Part shown: piece after piece, positions 10,701 to 18,351 of the stretch
Position numbering within the stretch: position 1 is the first letter of the stretch
Layout: each line of letters begins with the position of its first letter
Source of the DNA: Candidatus Electrothrix yaqonensis
Lineage (GTDB): Bacteria > Desulfobacterota > Desulfobulbia > Desulfobulbales > Desulfobulbaceae
Direction of reading: 5' to 3'
Assembly (NCBI GenBank): GCA_047651235.1
Contig: CP178758.1
Span: 2,490,001-2,522,000 of the forward strand
Length of the DNA stretch: 32,000 nt
Position numbers and translations under genes: made by a program
The notes under the pieces: generated by a model
Seen by the model: only the letters and a program-made list of their open reading frames with translations
Database searches by the model: none
What the model was told of the DNA's origin: nothing

Positions 10701-11571
10701 TGAAAAAATCCGGCTTCAGGACTTGCGTATCCTTGTTGTGGATGATAATGAATCAAATAGGTTCCTTGCCAGGGCCATGTTCCAGAAGGACAACCATCAG
10801 ATCGTTGAGGCGGGAGACGGCATGGAAGCTCTGAAAATCCTGCTTGACCATCATTTTGATGTGGTCCTGATGGACGTACAGATGCCTGTTCTGGACGGAC
10901 TCACTGTGACGAAAATTATCCGCGCCTGTGAGCAGAAAAAGCAGCAAAGTTCTCTGGCTGCGGAAAGTCCGCTTCCGGAGGAATTCATGGATGCTTTACA
11001 GTACCGGCTGACCGGCGGTCACACGCCCGTTATTGCCCTGACCGCCCATGCGATGCAGGAGGACAGACAGCGGTGCCTTGAGGCCGGGATGGACGGCTAT
11101 GCTGTCAAGCCGTTTAAAACAGAGGAGATATACCGGGCTTTTCAGCAGACAGGATATGTACAGGATGCCCGGGAACAAAGAGAGGAGGAAAGGACTTCGA
11201 TGAGGGAACAGAAAAAAGAAAACGATAATTTGCTGCTTGCAAATGTTGCTGAACATCTTAAAACTGTATACAGTCTTGAACCTGACCAGGTGGAACAGAT
11301 GATTCAGCTGTCCGCCCGATCGATCAGCGAGACTCTGGAACAGGCCAGGCAGGCTCTGGCTGACAGGGATCTGACAATGCTTTCAGCAGCCGGGCATAAG
11401 GCCAAGGGTATCCTGCTCGGCGTGGGGCTGAAGGAGGATGCGGAGCAGGCCAGAAAGATTGAGGTTGCCGGAAAAGAAGGAGCAGATGCGGATTATCAGG
11501 GGATAATATCCTGTCTGGAGGAAAATCTGCAGCCCCTGCTGCTGCTGTTTTCCGGAGAGCCCAGAAGCTGA
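7747..11571 (+). CDS. Hybrid sensor histidine kinase (TM-Cache-like sensor-TM-PASx3-HisKA-HATPase_c-REC-Hpt)
   Basis: 1274 aa. The H-box is [24 protein letters not shown], the N/G boxes are NLLNNSIKFS and DHGIGI..GTGLGLTI, the REC is ILVVDDNESNR...DVVLMDVQMPVLDG...KPF, and the Hpt is AGHKAKGILLGVG. The domain order matches the preceding kinase. Confidence 0.9.
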   Translation: MKYVKYGNLLLLYLFIAVTLIVLVLSGGGVVAYKYQQRLLQEDIRTYRYSLAQEAERLRQTLQQIFSLAELLADNPVIINMLDKRLHRIAPSQVAELIVEKNLQAIAAVENISVVFLIDLEGECIYASEPDAVGRNYRLRRYFQDAVQHETGLYAAMNTDTEPATRRTEMYYARIVRNGTLPLGVVVLRISPDFFHLRSFAAAFTTRPPAPEEMRIGLSADKNIIFGSTDSPDSLVALRQLSAEQRQFPPENIQPLGFSLSGVNDLIATGFLKEKTPGGREYYLFYQPLSGNDLALIHVVATAWFEKFFRPASLNYSGYAVMLCLMLFIMLALLYMLNRRHQQAILAAATLEREAGQRLQEKEKYEQIINRNPQGFWLNDFKSGIILEVNQSLCRLLGLPAEQIIGRHVNEFLTITSMHPDDRPLPEALPDASSEGTLGYADGTASDVLVTSSCIIPDDSRRKTCFSFFTDISERKKEQEQLFLFSQAVKQSTSAIVITDKNADVVYVNPFFTELTGYSRSAMYSTNPAVLTGGEKDTPVSQEIWQQIRSGGTWKGVLRNRKKDGTLYWEGQTVCPLYDAATGTISYYLAIKHDVTERVELEKELKAQLTKLELIVEHAAIGIAHVIDRRFAWVSRGAAEMFGYCDKEEIAAMPTSVIFENQAVFEETYQRAHSAFAAGRIFQEEQLMQRKDGGRFWCSLTGKMIDPTEPEMGAIWLTKDISREKEEERQLQLAKERAEQANQAKSNFLANMSHEIRTPMHAIIGMSRLALETSLDEQQRYYIGTVNKAAEALLGLLNDILEFSKIEAGRLKLHPKPFELEECVRDAVRTLEYQAEEKGLSLHCAVDPGVPGFVCGDPMRLRQILVNLLNNSIKFSNQGTISVQVAVQERTENEIVLAFRVRDHGIGIMPEKLNDIFEKFVQVDTSASRGFEGTGLGLTICYRLCRMMGGEINVQSVPGQGSTFIFTVRFQQVPALDRPAGDAADEKIRLQDLRILVVDDNESNRFLARAMFQKDNHQIVEAGDGMEALKILLDHHFDVVLMDVQMPVLDGLTVTKIIRACEQKKQQSSLAAESPLPEEFMDALQYRLTGGHTPVIALTAHAMQEDRQRCLEAGMDGYAVKPFKTEEIYRAFQQTGYVQDAREQREEERTSMREQKKENDNLLLANVAEHLKTVYSLEPDQVEQMIQLSARSISETLEQARQALADRDLTMLSAAGHKAKGILLGVGLKEDAEQARKIEVAGKEGADADYQGIISCLEENLQPLLLLFSGEPRS

Positions 11572-11583
11572 GACGGAAAGCAC

Positions 11584-12714
11584 ATGAAAGTCATTTTCTG
11601 TGAAGAGTGCGGCGGGAAAAATATCGTTTCAGATGAACAGCTGGAGCATATTGACACTACACCGCTTGTCTGTCGGTTCTGTGACAATATTATTTCCCAA
11701 GAAACGATAATTCCCCATATTTGTCCGACAGCTCCCATTAATACGCTGCATTATCATCTGCTGATGATTGACGATGATTTTGCCCATCTGCAGCTGATGA
11801 AAACAACGCTGGAAAAAGAATATACAGTATCCATTGCCTCCACCGGCGTGCATGGACTCGAGCTGGCAGCAGAACGGCAGCCTGATCTGATCCTTCTTGA
11901 TCTGGGGATGCCCGGGATGGACGGATATGAGGTCTGCAGGCGGCTGAAGGAAAACCCGACCACCAGAAAGATTACCGTAATTTTTGTCAGTGCACGGGAC
12001 GATAAGGATGATGAGTACCGGGGCTTCACCCTTGGGGCGGTAGATTATATCAACAAACCCATCAATCTGCAGATTCTCAATGCCCGTATTACTGCCCAGC
12101 TCCGCCTCAAGCAGCTGCTGGATCAGCAGAAGAAACAGGCTGACAGCCTGATTCAGTCGCTGCATCAGGACAATATGCAGAGCGAGCTGGACCGGGAGCG
12201 CCTGCAGCAGGAAAAAACCAGCCTGTACGCTGTCCTTGACGCTGTTCAGGATCGGGTTCTTCTGGAAAATGCCGAAAAGAAAATAACATGGGCCAACAAG
12301 GCCATGCGGGATTTCTGCAGTATGCGTCTTTCCGAAATTGTCGGTTCTTCGCGTGATGATCTTTCTCCGGACCGCATACCTGCAGGTTCTGCAGGAACTG
12401 CGGAGGACGTCTGTATCCCTCTGCTGTCCGAAGACGGAGAAGAAAAAGGAAAGGCCCATATTTTTCCGAAAAAAAGCAGTGGACAGATCTGTCAGGCGGC
12501 AGAGTCGGCAGTCAACAGATTTGTCGATAGGAACAGAAAGGCGATACGGGATAATCTGGCCACTATACTTTTCGGGATTGATGCGGTCAGCAGTCTGCTC
12601 AGAGAAAATAAAGAGTTTGAAACCGTCAGCCGTCCTGTCACCAAAGCAGCTGAAGAGCTTGACCGTATGGTGTCTGCCCTGCTGGATGTGCAGCAGAGCG
12701 ACAGCGAGAACTGA
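11584..12714 (+). CDS. Response regulator with N-terminal CxxC..CxxC zinc-ribbon and C-terminal PAS-like plus His-less DHp-like region
   Basis: FCEECGGKN...VCRFCDNII (MJ0042-like zinc ribbon). The REC is LLMIDDD...DLILLDLGMPGMDG...FVSA...NKP. A coiled coil follows, then LYAVLDAVQDRVLLENAEKKITWANKAM (PAS-like) and RKAIRDNLATILFGIDAVSSLL...ELDRMVSALLDV (an H-box-like helix with Lys in place of His). Confidence 0.8.
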   Translation: MKVIFCEECGGKNIVSDEQLEHIDTTPLVCRFCDNIISQETIIPHICPTAPINTLHYHLLMIDDDFAHLQLMKTTLEKEYTVSIASTGVHGLELAAERQPDLILLDLGMPGMDGYEVCRRLKENPTTRKITVIFVSARDDKDDEYRGFTLGAVDYINKPINLQILNARITAQLRLKQLLDQQKKQADSLIQSLHQDNMQSELDRERLQQEKTSLYAVLDAVQDRVLLENAEKKITWANKAMRDFCSMRLSEIVGSSRDDLSPDRIPAGSAGTAEDVCIPLLSEDGEEKGKAHIFPKKSSGQICQAAESAVNRFVDRNRKAIRDNLATILFGIDAVSSLLRENKEFETVSRPVTKAAEELDRMVSALLDVQQSDSEN

Positions 12715-12743
12715 CTGAAAATCGAATAAAAACTATCTGAAGA

Positions 12744-12759
12744 CTGACAACCTGACAAC
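12744..12759. repeat. Tandem 8-mer CTGACAAC x2
   Basis: Read directly from the 175-bp gap between the two response-regulator genes. Confidence 0.8.
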
Positions 12760-12792
12760 CGTCTCCTGATTTCTGATCGCAGAAACCGCAAA

Positions 12793-12822
12793 ATTATGTA
12801 CGTACGCAGGATTATGTACGTA
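12793..12822. repeat. 12-bp direct repeat ATTATGTACGTA x2 (18-bp period), each with a TACGTA/GTAC palindromic core
   Basis: Copies at 12793-12804 and 12811-12822 are identical, 68-97 nt upstream of the ATG at 12890. This is a candidate operator or response-regulator binding site. Confidence 0.85.
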
Positions 12823-12889
12823 TTGAACTTGGCCGGTCCGGGGCGTGGAAGCTCCCGGTTCCCGTTCAGCAGTATTGATACTATTGACA

Positions 12890-13579
12890 ATGAAACATGT
12901 CCTGATTGTTGATGACGACCTTGGTTTTCAGAGATTGCTGGGGATCAGTCTGAAGAAATATAAAAAAGATTTTGACGTGATCCTCTCCAACAACGGAGAG
13001 GAGGCGATCGGTATTCTGAACAGAAAACCTGTTGACCTGATCGTGACGGATCTGCAGATGCCGAAAATTGACGGGTTGACCCTGCTGGCCTATATCAATG
13101 ATGCATTTCCGCGAACTCCCTGTGTAATCATGACGGCGCACTCCACTCCGGAAATTGAGAAACAGTTTGCTCAGACAGGACAGCATCTCCTGAAGAAACC
13201 GTTTACAATCAATAGACTGGTTGAGGCTATTCAGGCAGCGCTGGCGCCGCAGCCTCAGGGGGGGATGCTGAAAGGGATTTCCGTGGCCAATTTTCTGCAG
13301 ATGATTGCTCTGGAACAGAAGACCTGTCTTCTGGAGATCACATCCACAGAGAACGAGAAGGGATTCTTTTATATAGAAAACGGGGAGGTTTTTGATGCTG
13401 TATTCGGGAAGCTGAACGGAGAGGACGCAGCGTATGCCCTGATCGGGCTTGAGGAAGCGAGTATAAGTTTTACAGATCTCCCGACAACCAGGAAGGTGAA
13501 AAAGCGCATCCATGCAGGCCTGATGGCGCTGATCATGGAGGCGATGACCCGTAAGGACGAAACTGTCGGCAATGCCTGA
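12890..13579 (+). CDS. Response regulator, REC + DUF4388 (PATAN-like) domain
   Basis: MKHVLIVDDD...DLIVTDLQMPKIDG...MTAHS...KKPF (REC). This is followed by GISVANFLQMIALEQKTCLLEI....GFFYIENGEVFDAVFG.LNGEDAAYALIGLEEASISF, typical of DUF4388. The ORF opens at GTG 12845, but ATG 12890 gives a canonical REC N-terminus. Confidence 0.85.
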   Translation: MKHVLIVDDDLGFQRLLGISLKKYKKDFDVILSNNGEEAIGILNRKPVDLIVTDLQMPKIDGLTLLAYINDAFPRTPCVIMTAHSTPEIEKQFAQTGQHLLKKPFTINRLVEAIQAALAPQPQGGMLKGISVANFLQMIALEQKTCLLEITSTENEKGFFYIENGEVFDAVFGKLNGEDAAYALIGLEEASISFTDLPTTRKVKKRIHAGLMALIMEAMTRKDETVGNA

Positions 13580-15347
13580 ACCGGACAAGCAGCAGTCTTC
13601 CTGTCATGACCGACCGGCGCCCTATATCCTGCTTGTTGATGATAACCCCAGCGATATCTGCCTGCTCGAATCCATCCTCAGATCACATGGGTTCACCTCT
13701 TTTTCTCTAACCGATCCCACCGGCGTCCCTGCCCAGTGCCGGGCCGCCCGGCCTGAAATTATCCTGCTTGATGTCAGTATGCCTGAAATGAACGGTTTTC
13801 AGGTATGTTCTCAGCTAAAGAGCGATCCGCAGCTTGCCGATATTCCTGTGCTCTTTCTGACCGCCATGAGCAGTGTGGCAGATAAAATCCGGGGATTCAG
13901 GGTCGGCGGTTCTGATTTTCTTGTTAAACCGTATGAGCCGTCCGAACTGATCGCCAGGGTATCCACCCAGATCAGTCTGTGCAGGGCCCGGCAGGAACTT
14001 GCCTGCCGGAACAGAGAACTGAGAAAGGAAATCCGGGATAAAGAGAGGGCGTATGCGGCTTTGGTGGAAAGTGAATCGCGGAATGAGGCTGTGCTCAATA
14101 ATGCGGCGGTCTGCATAGGGCTTCTTGGCATTGACGGCACCTATGAAATGGTGAACGGTTTGTATGCCGAAGTTTTCGGGTATGCACAGGAAGAATTTCA
14201 GAACATGCGGATGCTGGACATCATTCATCCGGATTATATTGCAGCGACCGTAGAGACCATGACCCTTCTGCGGACCGGCAGGCAGGAGCAGCATTATATG
14301 AGCAAACAGTTTATCCGTAAGGACGGGTCGGTTTTTCCGGGAGGACACTGGCTCAGTTCCTGGCGGACAGGGGAGGGCAGCTGCAGCGGTTTTGTCTGTA
14401 TTATCAGTGACCGGACAGAGCAGAAAAAAGCAGAAGATAAACTGCGGCTCGCCCATACGGTGTTTGAAACCAGTTCAGAAGGTATGCTGGTGACAGATGC
14501 GGAAAACCGGATTGTCATGGTTAATCCTGCTTTTACGGCAATTACCGGGTATCAGCGCGACCAGGTGATCGGCAGAGAACCGTCTTTTCTCAAGTCGGAC
14601 CGGCATGACACCAGGTTTTACCGCAGGATGTGGGTTACTCTTCTGCGCAGCAACCGCTGGCAGGGGGAAATATGGAACCGCCGGCAGAACGGCGAGGTCT
14701 ATCCCCAGTGGCTTTCTCTTGCGGTTATCCGCAGCCCGGATGCACGTATTGTCAACTATGTGGCGTTATTTTCCGATATCAGTGAGCGGAAAAAGGCCGA
14801 AGAAGTACTCCGGTATCAGGCGATGCATGATCCCCTGACCAACCTGCCCAATCGGCTGATGTTTGATGACCGGCTGCGTACTTCTCTGTCCCGAGCAAAG
14901 CGAAAAAAGAGCAGAGTGGCGCTGCTGTATCTGGATCTGGATAATTTTAAAACCATTAATGATACCCTGGGGCATCTTGTCGGTGACCGGGTTCTGCAGA
15001 TGGTGGCGGAACGATTGCGGGAATGCCTGCGGCTTGAAGATATGATCGCCCGGATCGGCGGGGATGAATTTTCCGCTGTGCTTGATGATATCACCTCAGC
15101 AGGACATGCGGTCTGCATCGCAGAGCGTATCATTGCCGCGTTTTCTGAGCTTAATTGCGTTGTGGACAATGCATCTCTTCAGACAAGTATCGGTATTGCC
15201 TTGTACCCGGATCACGGCTCAGACACGGAGACGTTGCTGCGTCGTGCTGATGATGCCATGTATACGGCCAAGCAGTTCGGCAAAGGGTGCTGTTTTCTTG
15301 CCGGGAACGGTGGTGCCGGGACATCATCGGAGGACTCGGAGGTCTGA
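13572..15347 (+). CDS. Response regulator diguanylate cyclase (REC-PAS-PAS-GGDEF)
   Basis: ILLVDDNPSD...EIILLDVSMPEMNG...KPY (REC), then two PAS/PAC units. The GGDEF domain has DPLTNLPNR, LDLDNFKTINDTLGH and RIGGDEF, and an I-site RLED lies 5 residues upstream of GGDEF. The ATG overlaps the upstream stop (ATGCCTGA). Confidence 0.9.
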   Translation: MPEPDKQQSSCHDRPAPYILLVDDNPSDICLLESILRSHGFTSFSLTDPTGVPAQCRAARPEIILLDVSMPEMNGFQVCSQLKSDPQLADIPVLFLTAMSSVADKIRGFRVGGSDFLVKPYEPSELIARVSTQISLCRARQELACRNRELRKEIRDKERAYAALVESESRNEAVLNNAAVCIGLLGIDGTYEMVNGLYAEVFGYAQEEFQNMRMLDIIHPDYIAATVETMTLLRTGRQEQHYMSKQFIRKDGSVFPGGHWLSSWRTGEGSCSGFVCIISDRTEQKKAEDKLRLAHTVFETSSEGMLVTDAENRIVMVNPAFTAITGYQRDQVIGREPSFLKSDRHDTRFYRRMWVTLLRSNRWQGEIWNRRQNGEVYPQWLSLAVIRSPDARIVNYVALFSDISERKKAEEVLRYQAMHDPLTNLPNRLMFDDRLRTSLSRAKRKKSRVALLYLDLDNFKTINDTLGHLVGDRVLQMVAERLRECLRLEDMIARIGGDEFSAVLDDITSAGHAVCIAERIIAAFSELNCVVDNASLQTSIGIALYPDHGSDTETLLRRADDAMYTAKQFGKGCCFLAGNGGAGTSSEDSEV

Positions 15348-15485
15348 AGCTGCTGCTCCGCTGTCTGTGAAGGGAAATAAGAATCTGCTGGGGAATATTG
15401 CTGGAGAGGGAGAGCAACCGGATCACCCGGAAGCAGGGATGAATCAGGACACCTGCAGTGTCCGCTGAACAAGGAGGAGAAAATA

Positions 15486-17303
15486 ATGGCCGCAGCAAAG
15501 AAAAAACATGATTGTCCGTTACTGAAGTTTTTTCAGGGAGATTGTACCTGTTCCGCACCCGAACCGGAGCAGAAACCGGAACAGAAGGAGGATGATCCGG
15601 CTCCTGTACAGCCGCAACCGCCGGTAGAGGCAGCTGGCCAGGGGAAATCCCAAGAAGACTCCGGCGGTACTGCCCAGGTGGAAAAGGCTGAGGAGAAGAA
15701 GGAAAACGCTCCGCAGACCGATGTTCCCGCCCAGCCGGAGCCGCCGGTAGAGGCAACCGATCAGGAGAAGTCTGACGATACTCCCCAGGTGGAGGAGAGT
15801 GAGACTGAAAAACAGGAAAAGGAGGAGAACAGTCCGCAGGAAGATGAAGCGGTGATCAATGCTGCTCTGCAGGAATGTCAGAAGGATACTCCGGCATTTA
15901 TGGACAGACTGCCAGCCAAGTTTGATCCAGAGGGAAAGCGACTTGATCAAGGGACAGGCCTTTTTACTGAGGAGGCCATCAGGGAAAAGGAATTTATTCC
16001 GGCCCGTGATGACAAGCGGCAAGAGCTGACAGAGCTGGATGCGATTACAGCTGGCAGGGCTGCCTTTGCCGAGAATGATCAGGCGGACGGCTTTGTGGAC
16101 ACCTTCCGTCATGCCGGACTGAAGAGCATGGAGAATAACGGCCTGATGGGCGCCAGACTGCCTGAGCAGCCCTGGTCTGATGATTACTGGGCAATCTATC
16201 TGGGAATGCTCGGCAAACGCTATGCTGATCCGGGATTTCCCGGTGAATGGGACTGGAAGGTGAATTATGATTATATTCAGAGAAATCCGGCCCAACAGAT
16301 TGTGGCGAATGGAGACTCCAATGCCATAAACCGGCTTTCCCCGTCGGAAAAATACGATATTCTGGTCGGTGATGCGAATATGTCGCTCACTAAAAAAATG
16401 TGGGAGGAAGGAAAAGGGTATTATTCCCGGAACGGCACGGTGGAAACCTGGATGGGCCTCTGTCACGGCTGGGCACCGGCTGCGTATATGCTTCCCCGCC
16501 CGAAAAGAAGCGTCACGGTTCCTGCGGCGGACGGCAAAACTTCCATCACTTTTTACCCTGCTGATATCAAAGCGCTTGCCACCCTGCTCTGGGCCAAAGT
16601 CAGAACCACGACCGAATTTATCGGCGGCCGCTGTAATGACAAAAATCCGGCACGGGATCCGCAGACCGGACGTATTATCTCGCAGAACTGCTTTGATACC
16701 AATCCAGGTTCCTGGCATCTGGCCGTAGTCAACCAGATCGGTGCTTCACAGCGCAGTATGGTGCTGGATGCCACCTACGATTATGAGGTCTGGAATCAGC
16801 CCCTTGTTGCATATAACTACAGATATTTTAATCCGCAGAGAATGGTGTATGCCCGTTCTCTGCCTGAAGCGTCTGTGCTGAAGAGCAGTTTCGGCAATGA
16901 CTGGTTTATCCGCTACCGCAGTGGGGAAACCGAGACCATTGTCGGCATTGCAATGGATGTTTCCTATATGGTGGAAACCAGTCCTGCACAGTATTCCACA
17001 GACAGCGCCGCCCGGGACCGGGTGCAGACAGTGCGGTATTATTATGATCTTGAGCTTGATTTTACCGGGAATATTATCGGTGGCGAATGGTATCAGAATG
17101 CGCATCCGGATTTTCTCTGGACCCCTGTTAAAGGAGCCAGAGCCCTGACGTACTGGGAAGCCAGATATGGCCTGAGCGGAACATGGGAGGGGAACCAGCC
17201 GATGAATGAAGACTGGAGGCGGGTTGCTGCAACGATATCCGGATATCAGAAAGCACCCTTGGCTGCCATTGTGGAGCGGCTGATAGAATTGGCCAATGTT
17301 TAA
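15486..17303 (+). CDS. GP42/Pep-13-type transglutaminase family protein (TGase_elicitor-like), paralog 1, with acidic Q/K/P/E-rich N-terminal tail
   Basis: 605 aa with a strong RBS, AAGGAGGAG, before the ATG. Motifs are WMGLCHGWAPAAY, PGSWHLAVVNQIG and LDATYDYEVWNQPLVAYNYRY; compare Pep-13, VWNQPVRGFKVYE. No signal peptide is present. Confidence 0.75.
   Translation: MAAAKKKHDCPLLKFFQGDCTCSAPEPEQKPEQKEDDPAPVQPQPPVEAAGQGKSQEDSGGTAQVEKAEEKKENAPQTDVPAQPEPPVEATDQEKSDDTPQVEESETEKQEKEENSPQEDEAVINAALQECQKDTPAFMDRLPAKFDPEGKRLDQGTGLFTEEAIREKEFIPARDDKRQELTELDAITAGRAAFAENDQADGFVDTFRHAGLKSMENNGLMGARLPEQPWSDDYWAIYLGMLGKRYADPGFPGEWDWKVNYDYIQRNPAQQIVANGDSNAINRLSPSEKYDILVGDANMSLTKKMWEEGKGYYSRNGTVETWMGLCHGWAPAAYMLPRPKRSVTVPAADGKTSITFYPADIKALATLLWAKVRTTTEFIGGRCNDKNPARDPQTGRIISQNCFDTNPGSWHLAVVNQIGASQRSMVLDATYDYEVWNQPLVAYNYRYFNPQRMVYARSLPEASVLKSSFGNDWFIRYRSGETETIVGIAMDVSYMVETSPAQYSTDSAARDRVQTVRYYYDLELDFTGNIIGGEWYQNAHPDFLWTPVKGARALTYWEARYGLSGTWEGNQPMNEDWRRVAATISGYQKAPLAAIVERLIELANV
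15597..15845 (+). repeat. In-frame tandem duplication (about 123 nt / 41 aa x2) encoding an acidic P/Q/E/K-rich low-complexity region
   Basis: The 15-mer CCGCCGGTAGAGGCA occurs at 15618-15632 and 15741-15755. The peptide units are PAPVQPQPPVEAAGQGKSQED...ENAPQTD and VPAQPEPPVEATDQEKSDD...ENSPQED. Confidence 0.8.
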
Positions 17304-18351
17304 CTTTATTGATTTTTTTACATCCAGGTACCGGAAGATGCAGCCGAAACAGGAAGAACATCATGCCGTGGTCATCGGGATCAACGAGTACAGCGAGTAT
17401 CCTGCACTCAAGGGGCCAGTAACGGATGCCGAGGACTTTTACGCATGGCTCTGCGACCAGGAGGGCGGGAATCTGCCGGAAGAAAATATCCGGCGCCTGC
17501 TCTCTTCTGAAAGCGGGATAGAACAAAACGCTCTCACCCCGAACCGGATCGAGGCGCTGTTTGAACCCTTTGTCACTGCCGGTGTGCAGGGCAGGTTCGG
17601 CGAGCGGCTCTACGTGTTTATTGCCGGGCACGGGTTCGGGGATGCCGGAGATATGGGCCGTACAGCTCTGTATGCCGCCAATGCCAAAAAGCTGTTTCCC
17701 TGGCATGTGGCAGTGACGGATTATGTGGAATGGCTGCGGCGGCGGGCTGTTTTTGCCGAACTCGTGCTGATTATGGATTGCTGCCGCACGGTTAATCCGG
17801 TACATATGATCCGGGAACCGCAGTATCCCTTTATTGCCCGAAGAGGCGGGCACCCGGACGCGGACAAGGTGAAGTATTTCTATGCCTTTGCTGTGAGCAG
17901 AGGAAAGATCGCCAGAGAACGGCGGTTTGAGGATGGCCAGGAAGCCGGAATTTTTACCAGAACCCTGCTGAACGCTCTGAAAACCGCGCGTCCGGTCAAA
18001 GGACAGGTGACCGGGCAGGCATTGAAAGATCAGATTCATAATACGATTGACAAATTTGCCGATCAAGTGCAGATTGATCCTCCGGAGATCAGACTGGATT
18101 CGTCTCGGGATATTACTTTTCTGCGCCGTAAGTCGGCTGATTCGATGCCGGTCAGGGTCGTCGTGGAACCGTACAGGGGAGGGGAGACGTTGGTCCTTTT
18201 TGACGGCAGCTTCCGGGAAATTAGACGGGAACAGACTTCTGCCGCCACCACGACGCTGGAGCTGGAGCCGGGACTGTACAAACTTGCGGTCAGCGAGACA
18301 GGCCGTCAGCAGATATTTGAGGTGCCGAGTCATGAGCAGATTACAGTGTAG
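17296..18351 (+). CDS. Caspase-like cysteine protease (peptidase C14 / orthocaspase-like) with C-terminal beta-sandwich-like module
   Basis: HAVVIGINEY...L.GPVTDAEDF...LYVFIAGHG (His-Gly) ...LVLIMDCCRT (Asp-Cys). The C-terminal roughly 70 aa end in LELEPGLYKLAV. The ATG overlaps the upstream stop by 8 nt (ATGTTTAA); an alternative start is ATG 17338. Confidence 0.8.
   Translation: MFNFIDFFTSRYRKMQPKQEEHHAVVIGINEYSEYPALKGPVTDAEDFYAWLCDQEGGNLPEENIRRLLSSESGIEQNALTPNRIEALFEPFVTAGVQGRFGERLYVFIAGHGFGDAGDMGRTALYAANAKKLFPWHVAVTDYVEWLRRRAVFAELVLIMDCCRTVNPVHMIREPQYPFIARRGGHPDADKVKYFYAFAVSRGKIARERRFEDGQEAGIFTRTLLNALKTARPVKGQVTGQALKDQIHNTIDKFADQVQIDPPEIRLDSSRDITFLRRKSADSMPVRVVVEPYRGGETLVLFDGSFREIRREQTSAATTTLELEPGLYKLAVSETGRQQIFEVPSHEQITV

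Noticed and set aside
12796-12912. 38-aa ORF (MYVRRIMYVLNLAG...) starting inside the direct repeat
   Set aside because: It has no SD, its sequence is dictated by the DNA repeat, and it overlaps the response-regulator start out of frame.
15519-16718. 399-aa ORF on the minus strand
   Set aside because: It lies entirely antisense to transglutaminase paralog 1. Its composition is Arg/Leu/Ser/Gly-rich and low-complexity, typical of shadow ORFs. It has no recognisable motifs, whereas the plus-strand frame has strong family motifs and an RBS.
16369-16728. Pairs of similar small ORFs (16369-16728 vs 20136-20444; 16553-16774 vs 20266-20487)
   Set aside because: They are off-frame or antisense shadows of the two transglutaminase paralogs. 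Their similarity only reflects the nucleotide similarity of the real genes.
18047-18331. N-terminal 95-aa extension of the 475-aa ORF
   Set aside because: It overlaps the caspase gene out of frame and is Arg/Cys/Trp/Ser-rich junk. ATG 18332 has a well-spaced GAGGTG SD.
17128-18333. 401-aa ORF on the minus strand
   Set aside because: It is antisense to the caspase-like gene. It is an Arg/Pro/Ser-rich shadow frame with no motifs.
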